Shown here: positions 62,860-64,000 of the stretch, one piece after another | How positions within the stretch are numbered: the stretch's first letter is position 1 | Layout of the letters: each line of letters begins with the position of its first letter | From: Basidiobolus meristosporus CBS 931.73 | Taxonomy: Eukaryota > Fungi > Basidiobolomycota | Assembly: GCA_002104905.1 (NCBI GenBank) | Contig: MCFE01000337.1 | Coordinates: 28,247 to 92,246, forward strand | Direction of reading: 5' to 3' | Length of the DNA: 64,000 bases | Notes under the pieces: model-generated | What the model was told of the DNA's origin: nothing | The model's database searches: none | What the model saw: the letters and a program-made list of their open reading frames with translations, nothing else | Position numbers and translations under genes: made by a program

Positions 62860-63765
62860 GGGGGGAGACAGTCACCAACCGGTGAAATCTTTATTTCAGT
62901 TGAAACAAAGAAGCCAGCGCTACTGTTGTAGCTTTGATACAAGAGTGTGTAGCTGAGGGGAATTTGTAGGTAAGTTAATAAGAAGTGATGATAGTTCTTC
63001 AGTGCTCAAGACACTGTTCAGTGGGAAGGGGGGTAGCAAGAGAGGTAAGAATGACTTGTGAACAACATTAATGAGGGGAATGTGATAAGGATTGATATTC
63101 ATCATAAAGGGAGTGTGCTGCTGCAGATATTGCTGCCAAAGGTCTGTCAAGTACTTCAGGTAGGCCAGCTTGGGTTTTTCTGACTTCAGAATAAATTCAG
63201 CAAACTTCTTGACTTCAGGATCTCCAAGTATAGTTCTCCAGCAGGAGCCAGGTGTTGTGTGGTGTGTTCTCTTCCAGGCCTTAATCAGTGGATTGTTGCA
63301 GTTGTGAAGTCTGAGGTATAATCTGGTTCTAAGGTAGAGAAGTCTGATCTTATAGGGCATAAACCCAAAAGCACCAAGAATAGCATGTCTGTAGGGGCAT
63401 TCAGGCAAATGAGGCACCAAGGAGGTAATGCACCATACTGCAAACTTGTCAAGCTTAGTGCAGTCTCTAGAAGTAAGAGAGAGAAGTGGTAAGCCAAATT
63501 CCAGGACAGGGAAGACAAACTGCTTGAGTAGAAGCAGGCAGCTGGGAGCTGAAGTTGTAGGAGGAGTAACAGCCAGTAGCTTGTGGAGTGCCTGTCTTGC
63601 CAGGATGATTCTCTTCTTCAGGTGTGCTCCAGAGTCTAGTCCAGTAGGAAGGAAAGCAAAGCCAAGATATGTAGCAGAAACCTGAGCAGGTAGAGTGGAG
63701 TTCTCCAAGTTGATGGGAGAGCCCAAAGGTACTGTCTTTGCAATGGAAAGCTGGAGATTATTCTT
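62860..63765 (-). mobile_element. Telomeric LINE copy L5, 5'-truncated, capped directly by the telomere
   Basis: Tail plus ORF 62920-63726. The parental sequence ggagattattctt|ctgcag becomes ggagattattctt|agggttaggg. Confidence 0.96.
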
Positions 63766-64000
63766 AGGGTTAGGGTTAGGGTTAGGGTTAGGGCTAGGGT
63801 TAGGGTTAGGGTTAGGGTTAGGGTTAGGTTAGGGTTAGGGTTAGGGTTAGGGTTAGGGTTAGGGTTAGGGTTAGGGTTAGGGTTAGGGTTAGGGTTAGGG
63901 TTAGGGTTAGGGTTAGGGTTAGGGTTAGGGTTAGGGTTAGGGTTAGGGTTAGGGTTAGGGTTAGGGTTAGGGTTAGGGTTAGGGTTAGGGTTAGGGTTAG
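63764..64000 (+). repeat. Telomere (TTAGGG)n, about 39 repeats to the window end
   Basis: Uninterrupted array with one CTAGGG variant (63794-63799) and one TTAGG variant (63824-63828). Confidence 0.99.

Noticed and set aside
60092-62878. Element as Penelope-like (Athena/Coprina), MoTeR/Cnl1-type, or telomerase RT
   Set aside because: It has N-terminal APE motifs and classical non-LTR RT motifs, with no C-terminal CCHC/restriction-like endonuclease and no TERT-specific motifs.

Overview
A fungal chromosome end. Evidence: short GT-AG introns, Chs7/Isn1/group X histidine kinase genes, and a terminal TTAGGG tract. An early-diverging lineage (Zoopagomycota/Mucoromycota-like) is my inference only. 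Three zones. (1) 1-28 kb, gene-dense core: HDA1-type deacetylase, CAND1, two convergent CHS7 paralogues, ISN1, an IQM-like protein, an Rcf3-like protein, a group X hybrid histidine kinase, KRR1 and SEC1. (2) 28-46 kb, AT-rich subtelomere: four near-identical intronless PTR2/POT peptide transporters, two pepsin-family proteases (one a pseudogene) and a bacterial-looking GNAT. (3) 46-64 kb, a layered end ending in about 39 TTAGGG repeats. The main finding is in zone 3: a polarized head-to-tail array of an APE-endonuclease/RT non-LTR retrotransposon (5 copies plus an older relic) and a tRNA-derived SINE (2 copies). They share the same 3' stem-loop tail, end in a C-run instead of poly(A), and are each joined to a short TTAGGG-like seed. 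This reads as a telomere-targeting LINE/SINE pair primed by the chromosome 3' end. A 9.5-kb block (155-bp satellite, orphan ORFs, a PHIS/Harbinger-type DNA transposon and a Kelch-SNF2 pseudogene) is trapped between two fossil telomeres. No database searches were run; family calls come from motif recognition.
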